DNA of 62,850 bases, counting the filler, from Choristocarpus tenellus KU-1152 (taxonomy: Eukaryota; Protista; Phaeophyceae), in the NCBI GenBank assembly GCA_964200185.2. It is 10 parts of 10 records of this genome, joined end to end, with 100 filler letters (N's around TTAATTAATTAA, not from the genome) between each part and the next. Parts side by side here need not be neighbours in the genome. Positions count along the whole stretch, not along the records: positions 19,565 to 39,551 come from CAXNAD020000425.1; positions 39,652 to 42,383 come from CAXNAD020025231.1; positions 42,484 to 45,356 come from CAXNAD020024037.1; positions 45,457 to 51,387 come from CAXNAD020009380.1; 6 more parts are not named here. One strand, 5' to 3'. Each line of letters starts with the position of its first letter. The first letter of the stretch is position 1. The position numbers and the translations under genes are program-made. Shown piece after piece: positions 36,111-49,031 of the stretch. Below the pieces are notes generated by a model. It ran no database searches. It was given only the letters and a program-made list of their open reading frames with translations, and was not told the origin of the DNA.

Positions 36111-36328
36111 TTCATCCCGTGACTTCCCGCGATATCCCGTGATTGAAAGATACCTATCTTGTATGATCCGTCGCCACGTACTGGGAAATCCAACCACAAA
36201 CCAGTCCTTCGATTGATCTTGAACTCCCTGTCTACTAAAAGACACATCACCAAGGCTGGAAACTCACGAGCAAATAAGACCCCAGGAACCTACCATCTTA
36301 AGATAGCAGTTGTTGGAACTGATCATAC

Positions 36329-39300
36329 ATGCCTCCTCCTTGCGCCTCCCGCCCCCTTGATGGTCTAGTTTGGCCACTTGTTCCTAACTCCAAAAAGGAA
36401 GGAGACAGGAGCACAACGTGGGCAAACAAGGAGGCCCTTGCGGCAGCCATCGGCGCTGTGAACCCCACCCTGGCGCAGAAGGTACTTTCAGAAAAGCGAT
36501 GGCGGAAGAAGTACACAACCTACATATATCGTCATGTGGAAAGTTGCTTGGCCAGCAAGGAGGCGACCATAAAGAGCTCCAAGGCTGGTCTTGAATGGGT
36601 TCATAGCAACTTCGAATTCGTTCGCGACGGAAAAACCTTGAAGCTCGCTGAAGCCATGTCTAGTATCAAGACCACTTTTGAAACGGGCTTCATCAAGGGT
36701 TCTCTTCCGAAGCCGGCAGCGACTAATCTCAAGGTTGGTCAAATCGCAATTGCTCCCAGTGAAGTCGCCTTGTTCTCGTTAGAGGAGGTGAAAGAGCCCT
36801 AACCTCCAGCTTGCGATGCGCTATTTCTGAAAGCTTACCCGCCTTAGACCCACCCTTGTAAGATGTTAAACTCGTTGATTTTGCTCGTAGTAGGTCGTAT
36901 CTTGGCTGGCATAACAGGGTATGTATCGCCTTGCTCATGTTAGTGAATTTACGCCAAATGACGAACCTAATTGAAACAGGTTCCATACAAGGGAAAGATA
37001 CTGGAGGGAGCAGAGCTTGTGGCGCAGGTGGATAAATGGGTGGCGTATGGGACTATCGAGCCCACCGCGGGGGAGGCAATCAAAGATGTGGCCAAGAAGG
37101 GCGCCTGGCGCGATTTAAGCGACAAGTACTTTGTCCTCCTTGGTGCTGGGTCGGCCATGGGCCCATTGAAGCTCCTGCTGGAGCTTGGGGCTAACATTAT
37201 TGCCATCGATCTCGACCGTCCACCTATCTGGGATCGCCTCCTTAAGATCGCTGAGGCTTCTTGTGGCACCATCACCTTCCCACTCAAGGAGTCACAGAGT
37301 TCTCTCCCGGATAGGGAAGCCCTCTGTGCCGCTGCCGGCAGCAATCTGCTGGGGCAGACACCAGAGATACTTAACTGGTGAAATTCTTCTATATATCACT
37401 AGAAATTGGTGTTGTGTTCTTCTGACCTGATCGGAGTGTCATATTTTTGTCGTAACTTGTTGCGTTTGTGCTGACCTGATAGGGGCTACGACATGGCAAG
37501 GTATTATGCTTAGTGACATTTCCCACAAAGACACATTTTCACAGTATCTATGTGCAAATTATTGTTTGCAAATGGTACTATGATAGCCTTTGGTGAATTT
37601 GAGCATTTCCTGTTCATATCTTGAAAATATTTTGAGCACTAGCACTGTGGTAGAGGCACTTGATCATGTTTTCCTTTGATGCATATCGAGAAATACTATA
37701 AATACGTATGAACTCATTTTTCGTGGTCTGTGGTTTATATTGTTCAGATTGATACGCAAGTTTAGTCTTGAGTGTCTGTATTTTATCTGAGTTTAGAGCA
37801 TCAGAAGGATGAATTATGTTCAGGTACCAACTAGAAAATCTTGTATTGCTGCCTACTTTTTCAAGTACCTCTATCTATATAATGGTAACTTTGGGGAGGG
37901 GATTTTGGTTGAAACTAGTATTGTTCTTGTGTCTGATCTGTAGGGAAAAGATATGTCTCCTAGTTCATCCTCTCTTGTTTTGTTTGCTGTGACATTTAAG
38001 CTCTACGTAGTTCGCTGAAGATAGTGATGCCATATATTCACCTGACAATGCATGCACTGCCTTGCAGGATTCAGAACACCTCATTTGCCACACTGTATAA
38101 TACCAACTCTCAGACGGTATGGTGATGTTTTTCAGGTAGCGATTCTTGGCCGCCCTTTATTTTTTTAGTGAATACTCTGCAGTATGATTGTGTAGTGAGT
38201 GATGTGTTCTATGTAATATGTATTTCCAGGTCATTTGCTACCCTGCAGATTTTTATGACTCATAGTTGAGCAATTAAAAGGTGATTGAATCGAGGAAGTC
38301 AGTCACTGGTTATTTTCCCTTCCCCTCTTCCCTTCACACACTCCCACACACAAGACCTATGCTGGCACCATCCATTCTTCCCTAAAACTATCTTGTTGAA
38401 AGGCTCAAGACAGTGTCCCCAGGGAAGGACTTGGTGGTGGGATCATATGCCTACCTTGATGGGGAGCTGCATGTTCGTCTCTCGCTAGCAATGGATGCTA
38501 TTGTCAAGGGCCTCACTGAGTCTCGCAAGAATGTCACAGTGAGTTTTGATTGCCCCAGCATTGCTATCGGGGTAATGGACATGGCAAACTGTTGAGGGCC
38601 TGTGTCTATTTGAGGTAGTCTAAATTATTTCACGCTCTTTTGTGTATTTTGTAGTATTTAAACCCCACAGGATGTTTCTTTTGTTTCTTGAGCACTGATC
38701 ATAGGTGTTGCATCCAATGCTTTTTGGCCTGGTCTCCCATGAATTGTGGGGGAGGGGATAACCATATTGCCAATGAAGCCTTTATTGTTGCAAGGGTTTG
38801 GCGTACTGTGTTTTTCTTGCTTGTCCAATCTGCCATATTTAAGGAGTTACTGGTGATACATTATGCAACCTTGCATTTGTTGCTATGGTGTACCATAGTT
38901 GCCAGAGAGAGGGTGCAGGGGGAGGTTACACCTCGCATGTCCATAGGATTTGCATTTCTTAACTGATCTGTCTTGTCAGTCACAAGTTCTAGAAGACTAT
39001 GCTTCTGTCACAGTACACTGCCTCAGGTATGTAAATTGCTTGCGTGTACATTGGTGGTTCCAGTCCTGCATTTTTGGAGCAGAGATCGGACACATCATTA
39101 TTGATTCCTCTCATCCCTCCCCCTCTGCCTGCCATTTCCACTCCCCCTTGCCGGCCCATGCTTTCAGCCGGCCTACCTATGCACACCCACAGACGTGCAT
39201 CTCATACCGGAGGCTGCACACCTGGCAGCCAAGGCCAACAAATCCTCCCTTGGCCTTCTGAACCTCTTTTTCCGCCTTACCTTCAACTTTTTTGGAGTGC

Positions 39301-39551
39301 TGATACCGAACCCCAAGCCAGCAGTCTCGTCAGCATCCGGCGACAGCCGCTTCTACATTGTGGATGGCCTGGTGAACAAGCAGGGTCCCAACTACGCCCT
39401 GGCAAAGCGTATGCAGCACTGGCGTGCTGTGGTGGCAAGAGAGGAACACTGCTGTCGTGTTTCCAGCAATATTGCCCCCTCCACTGCCACTGCCTCAGTG
39501 GTGTCGAACAAACTCTTTGCCATGGCCTACGGAGGTATGCACCACTTCCCC
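36329..39551 (+). CDS. Uncharacterised atypical SDR/Rossmann-like protein, 3'-partial (exons 36329-36733, 36980-37377, 38403-38538, 39168->39551)
   Basis: Phase-consistent GT-AG exons. Motifs FVLLGAGSAMGP..LLELGANIIAIDL (Rossmann-like), YAYLDGELHVRLSLAMDAI, YLCTPTD and QGPNYALAKRMQHWRA (YxxxK). Confidence 0.85.
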
Positions 39552-39651
39552 NNNNNNNNNNNNNNNNNNNNNNNNNNNNNNNNNNNNNNNNNNNNTTAAT
39601 TAATTAANNNNNNNNNNNNNNNNNNNNNNNNNNNNNNNNNNNNNNNNNNNN
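39552..39651. other. Artificial contig spacer
   Basis: N44-TTAATTAATTAA-N44. Confidence 0.98.
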
Positions 39652-39666
39652 ATGAGAAGAAAGGAA

Positions 39667-39705
<39 letters not shown>

Positions 39706-39840
39706 AAAGAAAAAATCGAAATGGGGGGGGAGGGGAAGATGGTCCTAACCAGGTATATTCTCTGGGAATCAAAGCCATTATGTAGTGAAGAAGAAGAGAG
39801 GCCTGATGTCCACGGTTCAATCTATCATTGACGACACACG

Positions 39841-40236
39841 TCACACAAGAGACTCATCATCGCCCATGTTGGATCTGATTTGGCTTACTGCAGGCTTATA
39901 GGTTGTAAGCCAATCTTTCACTTTTTTTTCTTGACATTTTTTTTTTCGATTAAAAACAAAAAAACAAAAAAAACAATACAAATACAAACCGCTCAAGAAA
40001 TATTTTCCTCCTGGTGAAACTATTCCTCCCATCCTTTCCCTTCCCTTCCCTTCCCTTCCCTTCCCTCCATCAAAACAAGTCAACAAAAAATATGAATAAA
40101 AACCTCCACAATTTAGTAGAGAGAGCACAAACCATCAGATAGATACACTCTTCACATTTTTTTTTTTAACACGTGTCATCGAAATATACTACAAAAAACA
40201 TTGCTCACTCTCTCTCTCTCTCCCTCTACACACACA

Positions 40237-40274
<38 letters not shown>

Positions 40275-40300
40275 CACAAAAAAAACAAAAAAAAACACAC

Positions 40301-40338
<38 letters not shown>

Positions 40339-40707
40339 TTTTTGTGAATAAATATACATAATGTTCATCTTGGTCCCCTTTGTCCATCCAACTCACCTAC
40401 AAAGACCGCAACCGGTTCGTCCCATGCCCCCAAAACAATCAGACAACACATGCCCATGCTGACTTCTACAATGATCGAACTCACTGCACACCGTACACCA
40501 ACCAACCAACGCCTTCCAAGGTCTGTCTGGATTGACGGCAACCGATACGCTTCGAACAGAACAATTTCAAATTTCAGAACAGTTTCACTAGAGGAAACTT
40601 CAGGTACCAAAAAAAATCTCAAATTTCTGGAAGGCAATCATGACAGTTTTATGAGTGTGATTCTGAAGGATAAAAATAGTCCCTCACCGCCCCCACCCCT
40701 GCCCCCC

Positions 40708-40743
<36 letters not shown>

Positions 40744-42035
40744 CATGAGGAATATAAAATAAGTGGAAAAAATATGTAAATCAATCAAAACTTACAATAT
40801 ATTTTTTCTTGTATATAGGTACGTTACATGTATTTAAGGGTCCATTTAGCATGTTATATTTTTTAGTAGTTCCAAACTTTGAGAAGCTGTCGCCATCACT
40901 ACTGAAATTATTATTGTCATTATTGCTGCCCTATAGACAATTTTCAATCTTACAGAAAATTGAGGTATACTTTTGAAGACTGAGATAATTGATCAACAGG
41001 AGACACCAAAAGGCAGACACCAAAGGCAGACACCAAAGGCATACAGTCAGACAAGCAAGTAGGCAGGAAGGCATCTAAGCAAACTCACAGCGATTGCATG
41101 GGGTCCGCCAAGGGTCCCTACCTGCGTAAGCACTCAACTATCTTTTCACCCAACACGAACTAACAATGAAAGGGCAACCACGTGCAGTACCTATCATTCA
41201 CTCAAAAAAAACAAACTTTGTCGACGTTGTTGACATACACCACCCTAACCCTAATGAGCGATGACATCATCAAAAAAACAAAACAAAATAAAATAAAATA
41301 AACTTCACCTGGAGGCCCCCTCCTCTATGGTGTTGGACTGACCCAGTTGTTCCTTCTTATCCCTCTCCTCTTTAGCTCTCATACGGGAAAATCTTTTTTT
41401 AATCAACATGCCAGGAGAAAAAATAAGAATCAGATGGTGTCGGGTTTGAAAATCACAAAAAGGTAAGAATCAGATAAAGTAAAGAGAGACAAGCTAATCA
41501 TTTCAACACAGACACACATACACACAAACAAACACACACATACATGTATACATAAAACACACACACAACATACATACATACATACATACATACATACATA
41601 CATACAAACACCTGCAGCAAAGGCATACTAGACGGATGTAACCAAGTCGGTACAAGGCATGTATCCCTTATCACATCAGCCCAGGTATAATTAACACTTC
41701 CTTTCTTCTGTCCGGTATTTTTATTAATATTTGTATTATTATTATTATTAATATTAATATTATTTTGTGCGTGTATATATATATACATGTAAAAAAAAAA
41801 CAGGCATTGTCATCAATAAAAAAAACACACACGAACAGACACACATACACACACACATACAGACAGACAGACACACACACACACGCACACACCTCCATTC
41901 CTGATCAGAAGAAGAGACTGCAGCACATCGTATGATCTTAGAACCCCGTAGCACTACCACACTCGCCCGGACCTCTGGAGGACCTTCATGACTGTCCAGA
42001 CCTGTTTGAATATTCACGTAATTACCCACCGTTTC
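39841..42035 (-). CDS. 3' part of an unidentified gene, short exons between microsatellite-rich introns
   Basis: Candidate exons ~42035-41890, ~41708-41612, ~41393-41308, 40626-40397 and 39914-39841. The last two join in phase (..AVFV|DWLTTYKPAVSQIRSNMGDDESLV*); other joins are unresolved. Confidence 0.4.
40030..40340. repeat. Microsatellite cluster (TTCCC)n, (CT)n, (CA)n, (TA)n
   Basis: Seen directly; more (CA)n/(CATA)n at 40711-40742, 41505-41610 and 41825-41892. Confidence 0.95.
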
Positions 42036-42383
42036 CTTCAATCAAGAGACAAACAAGAAAACATAGGAGGGGGGGGGGGGGTAGGGGGGCATGTAGTGTT
42101 CTGTAATATGCTTTGAGTCAAAGGAACCCAGTGGGAGGGCATTGGGTGAGATACATGGTTGAAGGTTTCTCTGAGTGTCGGGTGATGAATGTTTTTATTG
42201 TTTTTGGAGCAAGATACACTCAGTTTATCTACGTATGTTTGGTGGATATATTCACAAGCATGCTTTCAGAAGCAAGGTACTTCCTAGTCAACACCCTTCT
42301 TCAAATGCCCATTTCATCTTAAATTTGAAAGCAAGGTTGAGAAACCTCTAATTTAGAAAAAAATCAAAAAGACCAAACCCCCC

Positions 42384-42483
42384 NNNNNNNNNNNNNNNNN
42401 NNNNNNNNNNNNNNNNNNNNNNNNNNNTTAATTAATTAANNNNNNNNNNNNNNNNNNNNNNNNNNNNNNNNNNNNNNNNNNNN
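42384..42483. other. Artificial contig spacer
   Basis: N44-TTAATTAATTAA-N44. Confidence 0.98.
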
Positions 42484-42673
42484 CCCCCCCCAGTGCGGAT
42501 TCTATCCTACTCGAACACAAAAGTGGCTGGCCAGCACTTCATGTCGGACAGGTCCATCTTTGGGAGGAATTTTTTTCTTTAAACATCATGATTGAATCAA
42601 CTCAGAATAAAGAAAAAAAGAAAGGTGGAACCCTAGTGGTGATCAGCCCTAGGTCGCACTCTAGTCCAAGTGT

Positions 42674-43410
42674 TTTGGTACATCAAGTCATCTATGGGGT
42701 AGTGTTGTAGGGATAGCATCAAGGGTGAGCAAAACTCATCCTCCCTTACTATCATGTCTTGTTCAACAACTTGCCTCCAAGGTGCTTGGACAACCAGGAA
42801 AGGGTGGACTCTAAATCTTTGTCACATGCGCATTTGTTAAATGAAGTAAAAATTTATACCCGTGGTAAATAATATTTTGAACAGAAAAATATATGCATGC
42901 TTCTCACAGGTGGAATCACTCTGTGTTAATGTCTCCGGATAAGAGCAATCTTTCTACTCCACAATTCTAAAGTCGTCTAATAGATCAGCTCTACATATCA
43001 CCTCAGTCAAAGTGATATCTGTGTTAATGGGTGTAAAGCGCAGTGAGAAAAATGGCGTGGACCAGCCTGTCTCCTACGTGTCTCCCGGGGTCTGAGTGGA
43101 TGAAGCTCAGTTTCACCTCAGCTTTGGTACATCAAGTCATCTATTGGGGAGTATTGTGGGAATAGTGTCAAGGGTGGTTGGAAGACTCATCCCCCCTTCC
43201 TATTACCTCTTCTTCAACAACTTACCTCCAAGGTGCTTGGGTAACCAGTAAGTTGGACCGTTAATTTTTTGTTACATGTGCACAGTTGTTTAAAAGAAAT
43301 AATGAAGTAAAACATTATACCCGAGGTGAATAATATTTTGAAAGGTATGCATGCTTCTCACAGATAGGACCAACCTGTGTTTGTTTCCGGATGAGAGCAG
43401 TCTTTCTACT
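42674..43410. repeat. Diverged ~285-bp direct repeat (42674-42958 / 43123-43410) downstream of Gypsy pol
   Basis: Shared blocks tttggtacatcaagtcatctat, cctccaaggtgcttgg, aataatattttgaa, tatgcatgcttctcacag, tctttctact. Confidence 0.85.
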
Positions 43411-43487
43411 TCGCGAGACTCAAGTCACTAACTATATTAACTCTGAAAATACCACCAGGACTGAGCCTAGGTATGGTCTTCAAGAAT

Positions 43488-45283
43488 CTATCGGCGTCGC
43501 TTCCACCATCTTGATAGTGAAAAAGAAATATCTTCTCTATCTGTGGAATCTGGTGGCAACTCACCAGGCCGGCAACCCACTAGTATAGAGGCATTCATCG
43601 CACTTTCCGGTCCACAAGGAGGGGTGTCACAAGTATTAGCGGAGGCTTGGTTGCTATTCGGTGGACGTCCGGTTGGTGTTACTACAAGTTCTTCGGCTGT
43701 TGTAGTGGCAGGTATTTTTTGATTATGACAAGTCGCTTGGTCAATGGCTCTTACATTAGGGAGGTCCAACTTGTTCTCATCCCTATAGGCTGCGATCATC
43801 TCTGCACATTCAGGTATTTCAGCGGGTTTGCGCCATACATTACTGGCCGGTGAATATCCTTTAAAGCAAAGCCGGTACAAATAATTGCGGGTGGTCTTTC
43901 TTCCTACATCACAGTTATGATCAATAATGCCCACTACATTTTAAGATCCAATAGTTGGCGATGTCTATGACCCCTGATCAAGGTCCGGTTCAGGTAAAAT
44001 CCGACCTAAAAAGAGTGAATTAAGGGCATCTATATCTGGCTCTGTGACTTTTCCTTCCTTGTAGGATTTAAGTCTGGCCACATGAACTGTCACTTCATGT
44101 CGATCTTCCAAGCGTTTTACGCGATATACAGAAGGTGTTATACATGCCTTCACTTCGTAAGGTCCTTTCCATGGGGACAATAACTTAGGGCTTGGTGCAT
44201 CAGCTGAAGTATGCGGTTTGTGAAGCCATACTTTATCTCCGGGTCCGTATAGTGGGAGTTTATGGTTCACGTTCTTCGATTCGTTCCTTAAAACCATCTC
44301 ACCAATATTACGCCGGGCTAATTCATAGGCCAGCTGTAAATTTTCCACTGTTTTCATACTGTATTCTTGTGCAGTTATGGGGGTGGCCTCAGGGACCCCA
44401 AAATAAGATCAATTGGTAAAATTGGGCGCCTCCCAAACATTAGAAAAAATGGGGTTTCTTGAACAGTGGTATTATAGGCTGTATTATGTGCTAGCTATAC
44501 AAAAGGCAATAATGAGACCCAGTCAGATTGGTCCATATTTAAATACATGGCTAGCATACCATGCATTGTAGAATGAAATGTTCACATATGCTATTGCCTT
44601 GCGGCCAATATGCCGTTGTCTTGGTTTTATGATATCCATACACTTTACGCAACTCAGCCAGGAGTTTATTCTCAAATTCTTTGCCTTGGTCGGAGTGTTT
44701 CAGGAGGACCAAAGACGGAAAAAATACGGTCGACGAGAGCTTTAGTCACGGTTTTTTCTTGCTTATTTGCAATGCCAACCAAGATTGCGAATATTGTAAG
44801 ATGGTTTATGGCGGATAACACATATTTTGCGTCGTCTGATGTGGTCTTATAATTAACTAGGCCAATAGCATGTCGTCGAAATGGACGCATGACAGGCATA
44901 TGTCCTGTCGGTAATGGGGTGAGAGTGTGCGAGGTCTTACGCCTTTGACAGGACTGGCAAGTTTTACACCACTTCTTCACATCTTTATGTAAGATTGGCC
45001 ACCAAAGCCTATGACAAACCCGGTCAAGAGTGTGTTTAAAAGCAAGATGGCCAGCCACTTTATGGTCATGTAGGGCGTGTAAAATTAAATCCTGAACCTC
45101 CGTTGGGGCTACTAACTGATCCCGAAATTCTCCGTTTTTCCGAAGGTAGCCAGGTTGATACGACCGGTAGAGTAAAAGTCTATTTTCTCGTTCTTGAGTT
45201 AAAAAATATATCATCGTGTAGGCCGTTTCTTTAGTGGCTGTATTGCTTGCGTCTGCCAGGTATTGAAAATAAGCTTCAAACTG
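43488..45283 (-). mobile_element. Ty3/Gypsy LTR retrotransposon integrase + chromodomain remnant (chromovirus-like)
   Basis: HDHKVAGHL..WCKTCQSCQ (HHCC), integrase core IFSVFGPPETL, GPY/F motif SPWKGPYEV..VHVARLKSY, chromodomain-like YLYRLCFKGYSPASNVWRKPAEIPEC; frameshifted. Confidence 0.92.
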
Positions 45284-45356
45284 GACCCAAAGTATCTGGG
45301 AGGTGGGGGGGGTCTACACCAGGCTGTCCATTTGGGCCAAAATAAGAAAAAGTGCA
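45284..45356. mobile_element. MITE family B end inserted in Gypsy pol, truncated by contig end
   Basis: GACCCAAAGTATCTGGGAGGTGGGGGGGTCTACACCAGGCTGTCCATTTGGG. Confidence 0.85.
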
Positions 45357-45456
45357 NNNNNNNNNNNNNNNNNNNNNNNNNNNNNNNNNNNNNNNNNNNN
45401 TTAATTAATTAANNNNNNNNNNNNNNNNNNNNNNNNNNNNNNNNNNNNNNNNNNNN
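45357..45456. other. Artificial contig spacer
   Basis: N44-TTAATTAATTAA-N44. Confidence 0.98.
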
Positions 45457-45563
45457 CGTCGAAACATTTTGGAGTAGAAAAATATCAAAAAAATATACAT
45501 GAGAAGCCAAGCCCGAAATGGACAAACAGGGCAAAACTCGTACCCTCTAAGATACTTTCGCTC
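45457..45563 (-). mobile_element. MITE family A end, truncated by contig start
   Basis: ...AAACTCGTACCCTCTAAGATACTTTCGCTC. Confidence 0.85.
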
Positions 45564-45721
45564 AAGAATTCTTGACGTAAAAAATAACGCAGTGCTCCTT
45601 ATGCACAGGGGGTGGGTGCAAGGACCAGATAGACACGCATAATCTCCACTTACTAGCAAATAATTGCATCGATCTCCCCACACCTTATTTACAGAAAACA
45701 GCAATCCATGACCACTTTCCT

Positions 45722-48711
45722 CTACCCATCCAGTCGGTTTCTGAAGGTCTGCAGAGCCAATCGTAAAGGTTGCAATATCCAATGTCTCACCACTGGCCTC
45801 CTGGTGCGTTTACACCAAAATGTCACAATATATGGAGCAATTATATGCAGTTGTGTACAGGGAATAGAAGGCATCAGAAAATAATAAATCGAGAGGAGTG
45901 TGGGTTCAAGGAATATCAAGGGCAGTAACTTGAACTTTGAAGACATGGCCAAGCAGGCAAGGGGGGTGATGTTCCCACCATGTCATTGAATTACAGAACT
46001 CGAATAGAATGTTCTGAAGTAGTTGGGCGTTTATCGGTTTCATAGACCTTCTGAAGTCTCCCATATTTCCTCGTATCCCTGCCACAAACAAGCACTTTCC
46101 CCCCCCCATCCTATGAAATAGATTGAGCTAACTCCCTCCATTTTACACGTTTATCTCTCTCTCTGTCTTTCTCGACCCTTCCCTCACACACACCTACCCT
46201 CATACTTATTTTTCCTCTTCCCCTTCTCAACTAATCCATTCTTTGTCCATTCGCTGAAATCAGAGTATCTGAAAGTCTTCCCTCCCCAGGCCCAACCACC
46301 TCCTGCCTTTACCCAAACCTCAAGATGTTGTTGCCGCTCCAATACGGCAATCTGGTGGCAGATTGTACTGAGGCGATAGTCAGGAGGTGCTTGCAACATG
46401 AGTTCTGCGGACTGGGTCAAGGCCTCCAGGTGAGCATGAACTGCACTTGGCCTGCTAGCTGCAAATGCCTTCCTCAAGCCCAGTCTCTCATCATTCCCTC
46501 CCGGCGCATTCTTGTTGCTATCTCTGTCTCCTTTCTTGTTTGAGTTGTTGTCCTTGGTGTCTGAAGTGTTACTAGCTCCTTTCTTAGAAGTGTCATTTCC
46601 TCCTGGTCTTGCACAGGGCAGGTTCATGTCTGAGCTCATATTCCCGCTTGAACTTTGATGTGGACCTTTTTTAGCGTCGAGCACCGAGTAAGCATCCATT
46701 TCTAAGACCTGCTGCTCTGGCAAGGGTTCCTTCCTGAAGATCTGACATGATGGTGGGGAGGAGTTTGCACTACTCTCCTTATTACTTCCACTTCCCTCAA
46801 TGCTGCCCGTGTCCAAACTCCTTCCCCTCCCTCCCTGTCTAACACACCCACTGCTCTGAGTGTGTGGAAGATTGATCTTGTCTTCTGCAAGACGGTTGAT
46901 TGGCCTCATGACCTCATTCTCCAATGACAAGTCGTTTTCTCCCTCCTCCGTTCCCTTGCTTTCTTGTTTATTCAACTCAGGTGTATGTTCCAGGTTGACA
47001 ATTTTTCTCTGTGTATCATCATCAACAGCAATGTTTCTCTCAAGGGTTTTGTCTGATTTTCCCCGCACAGAACTCTCCATTGGTGCAACAGGATGACCTG
47101 CCGTTCTGACAATTGGGCTGTTTCTACCACCACCGCCCGAATTGTTGCCCTCACCATTGTCCATACCCTGGGTAGCATCATGCTTCCACTCCCGACCCTG
47201 AGTTTCTCCTCCAGTGGTTTCCGTGTTGCTTTCTTTGGTAATGAGGCACTCTTTGTTGATATTGTATTCTCCTGACCCTCGAGCTGATGACCTAGGGGAC
47301 ATATCGCCAGCTTGGGATCCTGAGGGAACCGGCTAAGAATTGACCGTAACAAATTTATGCATGTGGTGCAAGCAACGAATTGGAACACTATCTTCGTTGT
47401 TTATTAGGAATTGTTCTTGGGGATAGCATTATTGACAACTAGAAACTAGCGTTGTTCTCTACAAGGTGAAGTAGGAAAAGGTGCAGCACATATCTAAATG
47501 TATAGGGAGCTAACTATATCACTCAAGAATACTGAAGTGAAGATTTGATTACATCAACCCTAACTATATCACGGATCACATTTGTCCGTTCACAGAAGCA
47601 GGCAGGTCTAGAAACAGAGAAAATACCTAGCCATAATCTGCAAGTAGAATGCCGCTGTGATGAATATATTTCAAAGCCGCAAATACGAATAAGAATTGTC
47701 GTGAGAAGGGAGTGACGGGACGGCAAACCACTCCCAGGACAAGTTTTATTCAATACATTAGATGAAGTAGCAAATCCTTTACATATCTCCCTTGCAGATA
47801 CCAACAACGTACAAGAGGAGTATCAACAAATGGTTTCTGCCTTTACCTCGACTTCTCTTTGCCTAAGCTCCTGCTCCTTGTCAATAGCACCCTTGCTGCA
47901 TGAGAGTCGTATATCACTTCTTGGCGCTGATTCCAAAATGTCGCCATCATCATAGTTGACCAAGTAAGTTCCATCGCCATTGTCATATCCGATTACACCT
48001 GGGAAGTAATCCTGCTCCGCCTGTCGTTTCGTTGCGCGCTAGGAAATCACGAGCAGTTCGAGGGGGGAGGGTCTCATGCGGGAAGAATTCCTCCCTACCT
48101 CATAATGTGTTTACTTTTGGAATATCAGCCATTACCTATCAACATCAAACTGTGTATAAACTTCCGATGGAGTTGTCCGACCCACTCACCCCTCTACGAT
48201 ATTCTGGACGACATGACAGTGATTTGACTACATTGGAACAAGACAGAAGCGATCAATCTAAGTTGCTCTAAAGGTGCAATAGCTTTTCAAATATGATAAG
48301 TATAGCTGCAAAAAACAGATGCCCTAATCATAATTTTCTCGGCAGACTTCGACTTGTCCCCAATGATCCTGGATGCGATTTGTTTACCACATCGAACACA
48401 GGATGGTAGGTAATGGCCTTCTACCCTACACCTTGGCCATTCAGCCATCCATGATATAACCATGGGTAAAGTAGTCCCCCCCCTACCTCGAACCAGCAGT
48501 CGATGCGCTCGCCAACCTCCAAGGGGACGTGAATTTCGTTTGGTGGGACATGGTCCCGCACATCTCCGTCGTCGAAGCAGACCTTGTACTCGTAGAACCT
48601 CCGGCCCTCCTGACTGCTCTCAATCGCTCTGGATACCTCTGCTATTGACCCTCGGTAGTACTCGCCATCGAAAATACAATCGACGATTGTCCCTTCGACG
48701 AGACTGGTCAT
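45722..48711 (-). CDS. Tandem Tudor-like domain protein with long disordered region (exons 48711-48487, 48020-47847, 47332-46319, probable 45748-45722)
   Basis: GTIVDCIFDGEYYRGSI..YKVCFDDGDVRDHVP and VGERIDCWFE|AEQDYFPGVIGYDNGDGTYLVNYDDGDILE are Tudor-like (Y.G.I...Y.V.[FY]DDGD). All joins are phase-0 GT-AG; the last exon is tentative. Confidence 0.8.
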
Positions 48712-49031
48712 TGGATCTAGGCCTTTTTATGTTCGAAAAAAGTTCAGGTCTATCACCATAACAAATCAGCAGTTCGCTCTGAAGGAGGCGTGTTTTTGCA
48801 ACCGTTTCGTTCTCGTTTGGTAAGACTTTGTTTGAAGCATATGGCTTGGCTGGACTGGCCTATCTTTCTTGTACAAAATTGTACAGTACCTTTAACAAAA
48901 TGGGTGGGAAGTAACTCCAATCAACAAGCAACGTTTACTTCATAAACGAAGAGTAGCCTGAAAGCTCACATCTTGCTCTTTAGTGCAGCGAAGATTCCCT
49001 CAAACGGGGCATACGCCCAGATTCTGAAACC

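Noticed and set aside
24586-39551. GLOD4-Trx and SDR-like genes as a detoxification gene cluster
   Set aside because: Same contig and strand, but ~9 kb apart with TEs between; nothing beyond adjacency supports a link without synteny data.
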